DNA of 64,000 nucleotides, taken from assembly GCF_009914755.1 (NCBI RefSeq), contig NC_060925.1; one strand, written 5' to 3'. Each line of letters begins with the position of its first letter. Position 1 is the stretch's first letter. The notes under the pieces were generated by a model. That model worked only from the letters and a program-made list of their open reading frames with translations, was not told where the DNA came from and made no database searches. The position numbers were made by a program, and so were the translations under genes. This stretch comes from the human T2T-CHM13v2.0 reference genome, Homo sapiens. Below are positions 62,663 through 64,000 of the stretch, piece by piece.

Positions 62663-62748
62663 TATTTGAACACCACTGCTAATAAGCTCCATGTAAATAT
62701 TTGAACACCACTGCTCATAAGCTCCATGTAAAATAAGATCCATGTAAA
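62663..62748. repeat. 35-bp tandem duplication plus a partial third copy
   Basis: tatttgaacaccactgct(a/c)ataagctccatgtaaa x2. Confidence 0.88.
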
Positions 62749-64000
62749 TTTTAGAATTTACATGGAAGGGCAAAATTAAAGCATTAATGAAAAGGAATAA
62801 AAGAAGGCTATTGCCCTACCAGATGACAAGCCTTATCAGGAAGCTGTAGTAATAGACAGAGTGGCAATGATGCTGGGAAAGACACATTGACCACTGAAAT
62901 AGAAGAGAAAGCTCAGAATTGACCCATTTATTTATGGAACTGTGATAAAGCATAGAGATGGCATAGAGAATCTGTGGGCAAAGGAGGCAATATGCCAAAG
63001 ACTGGCTGATACAGGGCACAAAGGCCTGGCAAACAAGCAGCAACTGGGGCAACTCCAAAGGGCCAACCCAGCCCCAGAGCTTCCTGTGCGATTAGCTGAA
63101 GTCTCCATTGCCATCTCATCACAGTTCATCTCCCTCTGCCCAACTCTGCTGTCCTATTCTTCACAGATGTTCCTGAGAGTGCCCCCAAGAAACCTCCCAC
63201 ATGCAAATCTCAAGTCTTAGATTGTGCTTTCCACAGAGCCTGACTCTTGATAGAAGGTGCTGTGCCAACAGAAGCCACTAAGGATCTCATAAATTCCTAA
63301 TGAAAAGACTCTCCCCAAAGGGGCAGATTCCCATTCTGAGAAAAACTTCTGGGAGCAGACTGCAAACTAAGCAGGCTATCAACACTGGAAGTAAAGAAGA
63401 CAGAAGATTCAAAGGCTGAGTGGGGGAGGGTCCAGAGGAAGCAGAACCCCCACTCAGCTAAGCCACCTTCAAATTTCTGACCCACAGAAAGCACGAGATG
63501 ACAAATGTTTATTGTTTTAAGTTGGTAAGTTTGGGGCTAATTTGTTATGCAGCAAAAGATAACAAATATAGCGTTGGGCTTCATGGACAAGAATACCTTA
63601 TGAGGAAACAATGGAGCAATATATTTAAAATAGTCAAGTGAAGAAAATGTAAGCCAAGAATATTGTATCTGATCTTCAAAAGTCACAGATAAATGGTTAC
63701 GAATGTTTGAATACTCAGAGAATATCATCCCCATGATCCCTGCCTGAGAAATCCACCAGAGAATGAGCTGTAGACAACCCAGAAGTGATTGGAGAAGCTC
63801 CACTGTAAGGATTGGTGTTGGGCATTCAATATGTCTTAGTGTAAAACTAAGACTCCATGATGGAAATTAAGTCCTGATACCTTAATACTATAAGCTCTGA
63901 CAATATAGATAAAATACAAGTAGGAAATATGGGGGAAGGGTACATGAGATGACTACTCAGCTGGTATTAACTGGAAATAAAATCATTTTAAATTAGAGGA

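Overview
Human genomic DNA, dense in Alu, L1 and LTR repeats. It carries 17 consecutive exons of a HYDIN-family gene on the minus strand, from 61864 down to 1; the last exon runs off the window edge. The spliced translation matches the central part of the axonemal central-pair protein HYDIN: an adenylate-kinase-like P-loop region, a charged coiled coil and ASH/Ig-like repeats. Two lesions identify this copy as the human-specific duplicate HYDIN2 (1q21.1) rather than HYDIN (16q22). One exon (HYDIN exon 42, at 42875-42959) has lost its 5' part and splice acceptor, and the large exon 46 lacks one 15-bp repeat unit. Exon numbers and HYDIN comparisons come from my memory of HYDIN/HYDIN2, not from an alignment. 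I found no wholly new biological system. The observations most worth following up are: (1) skipping the broken exon keeps the frame, and the other 16 exons are stop-free; (2) a strong cryptic acceptor would make a 144-nt in-frame neo-exon closed by a single TAA; (3) an old ~385-bp inverted duplication of mostly non-repeat sequence lies inside a GC-AG intron; (4) two 5'-inverted (twin-primed) L1PA insertions and a full-length sense-oriented L1PB retain their target-site duplications (TSDs). Repeat subfamily calls are by eye and repeat boundaries are approximate.
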